NCBI GenBank assembly: GCA_030141605.1
Contig: JAQGDQ010001058.1
Location: forward strand, 1 to 64,000
From: Tubiluchus corallicola
Taxonomy: Eukaryota; Animalia; Priapulida
Direction of reading: 5' to 3'
Length of the DNA: 64,000 nt
A program made the translations under genes and the position numbers. Position 1 is the first letter of the stretch. Each line of letters begins with the position of its first letter. This document shows positions 63,341 to 64,000 of the stretch, piece after piece. The notes under the pieces were generated by a model that did not search any database, had not been told where the DNA came from, and saw only the letters and a list, made by a program, of their open reading frames with translations.

Positions 63341-63968
63341 TCGTAGTAAGGTGGTGGTGACATGAAGCAATCGCTCCAGGGCGCAAGCATAAGAAAACAA
63401 TTAACAAAAGTTTTCACACTGCAACAAAACTGCCTAGGCAGAGATCATTGTAACTGACTTAATTATAAGTAGAAAACTGATTTACTCATAATTAGGGAAA
63501 AGGCTAATGTTGTTACTTAACGGGGTGTGTAGGGTGTCATGTGGTTTAGCTGATCGATAATTTTGGGAGAAACAGTGACGTTTCTCTAAATACCGATTGT
63601 ATTATGCAAATCTGCAGTGTTCTGTATCTTTCATGATATTTGCACTTTTTAATGTTGGAGCTGAATGTTTAAGGATTGTCGTGTTACGTGCAACTAATGC
63701 ATAGAAAAGAGTTACTCTGCTGCAGTACCGCAAATGAAACTCAGGGTGATTCTTGGAAAAATTCGTTTACTTTTATCCAAAAAGAAAAGTCGGGCCAGGG
63801 ACGCAAAAACGCGCACAACTTGCGGTTTCAGCCACGAAATAAATGATCAAAATATTAAAAGGGTAGGGTGTCAGAAGTTTTTTTTGCCTCCGGGTGTCAC
63901 AAGCATTTGCTACCCCACTGACTACTGCTGCTGCTTTTACTGTCAAGTTCTGTTTCTGCTGTTGCTGT

Positions 63969-64000
<32 letters not shown>

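Overview
AT-rich, intron-rich animal genomic DNA (probably a marine invertebrate; this is inference), not prokaryotic. Splicing exons by hand at GT-AG sites gives three complete genes and part of a fourth: a steroid 5-alpha-reductase (SRD5A1/2-like, +, 6 exons, 270 aa), FBXO28 (-, 6 coding exons, 419 aa), the rRNA-processing PIN nuclease FCF1/UTP24 (+, 8 exons, 199 aa) and the last two exons of a C20orf85/CIMIP1-like ciliary protein (-). There may also be the 5' end of a fifth gene on the - strand at 3.6-8.0 kb. The rest is dominated by non-autonomous DNA transposons (three TTAA-flanked families, hAT-like with 8-bp TSDs, Tc1/pogo-like with TA TSDs), LINE/Penelope/SINE relics, microsatellites and nine minisatellite arrays. 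The longest ORFs in the track are repeat artefacts. Most notable: an identical 802-bp tandem duplication of FCF1 exon 6; a ~700-bp inverted repeat pair 8 kb apart with a homogenised core; an intronic palindrome carrying minimal hammerhead-ribozyme motifs; three minisatellites that sit in or abut transposons; a ~1-kb inversion scar; a tRNA/5S-like chimeric element; and a speculative Cys-rich spliced sORF with in-frame TGA. All family assignments are from recalled motifs, and no searches were run.
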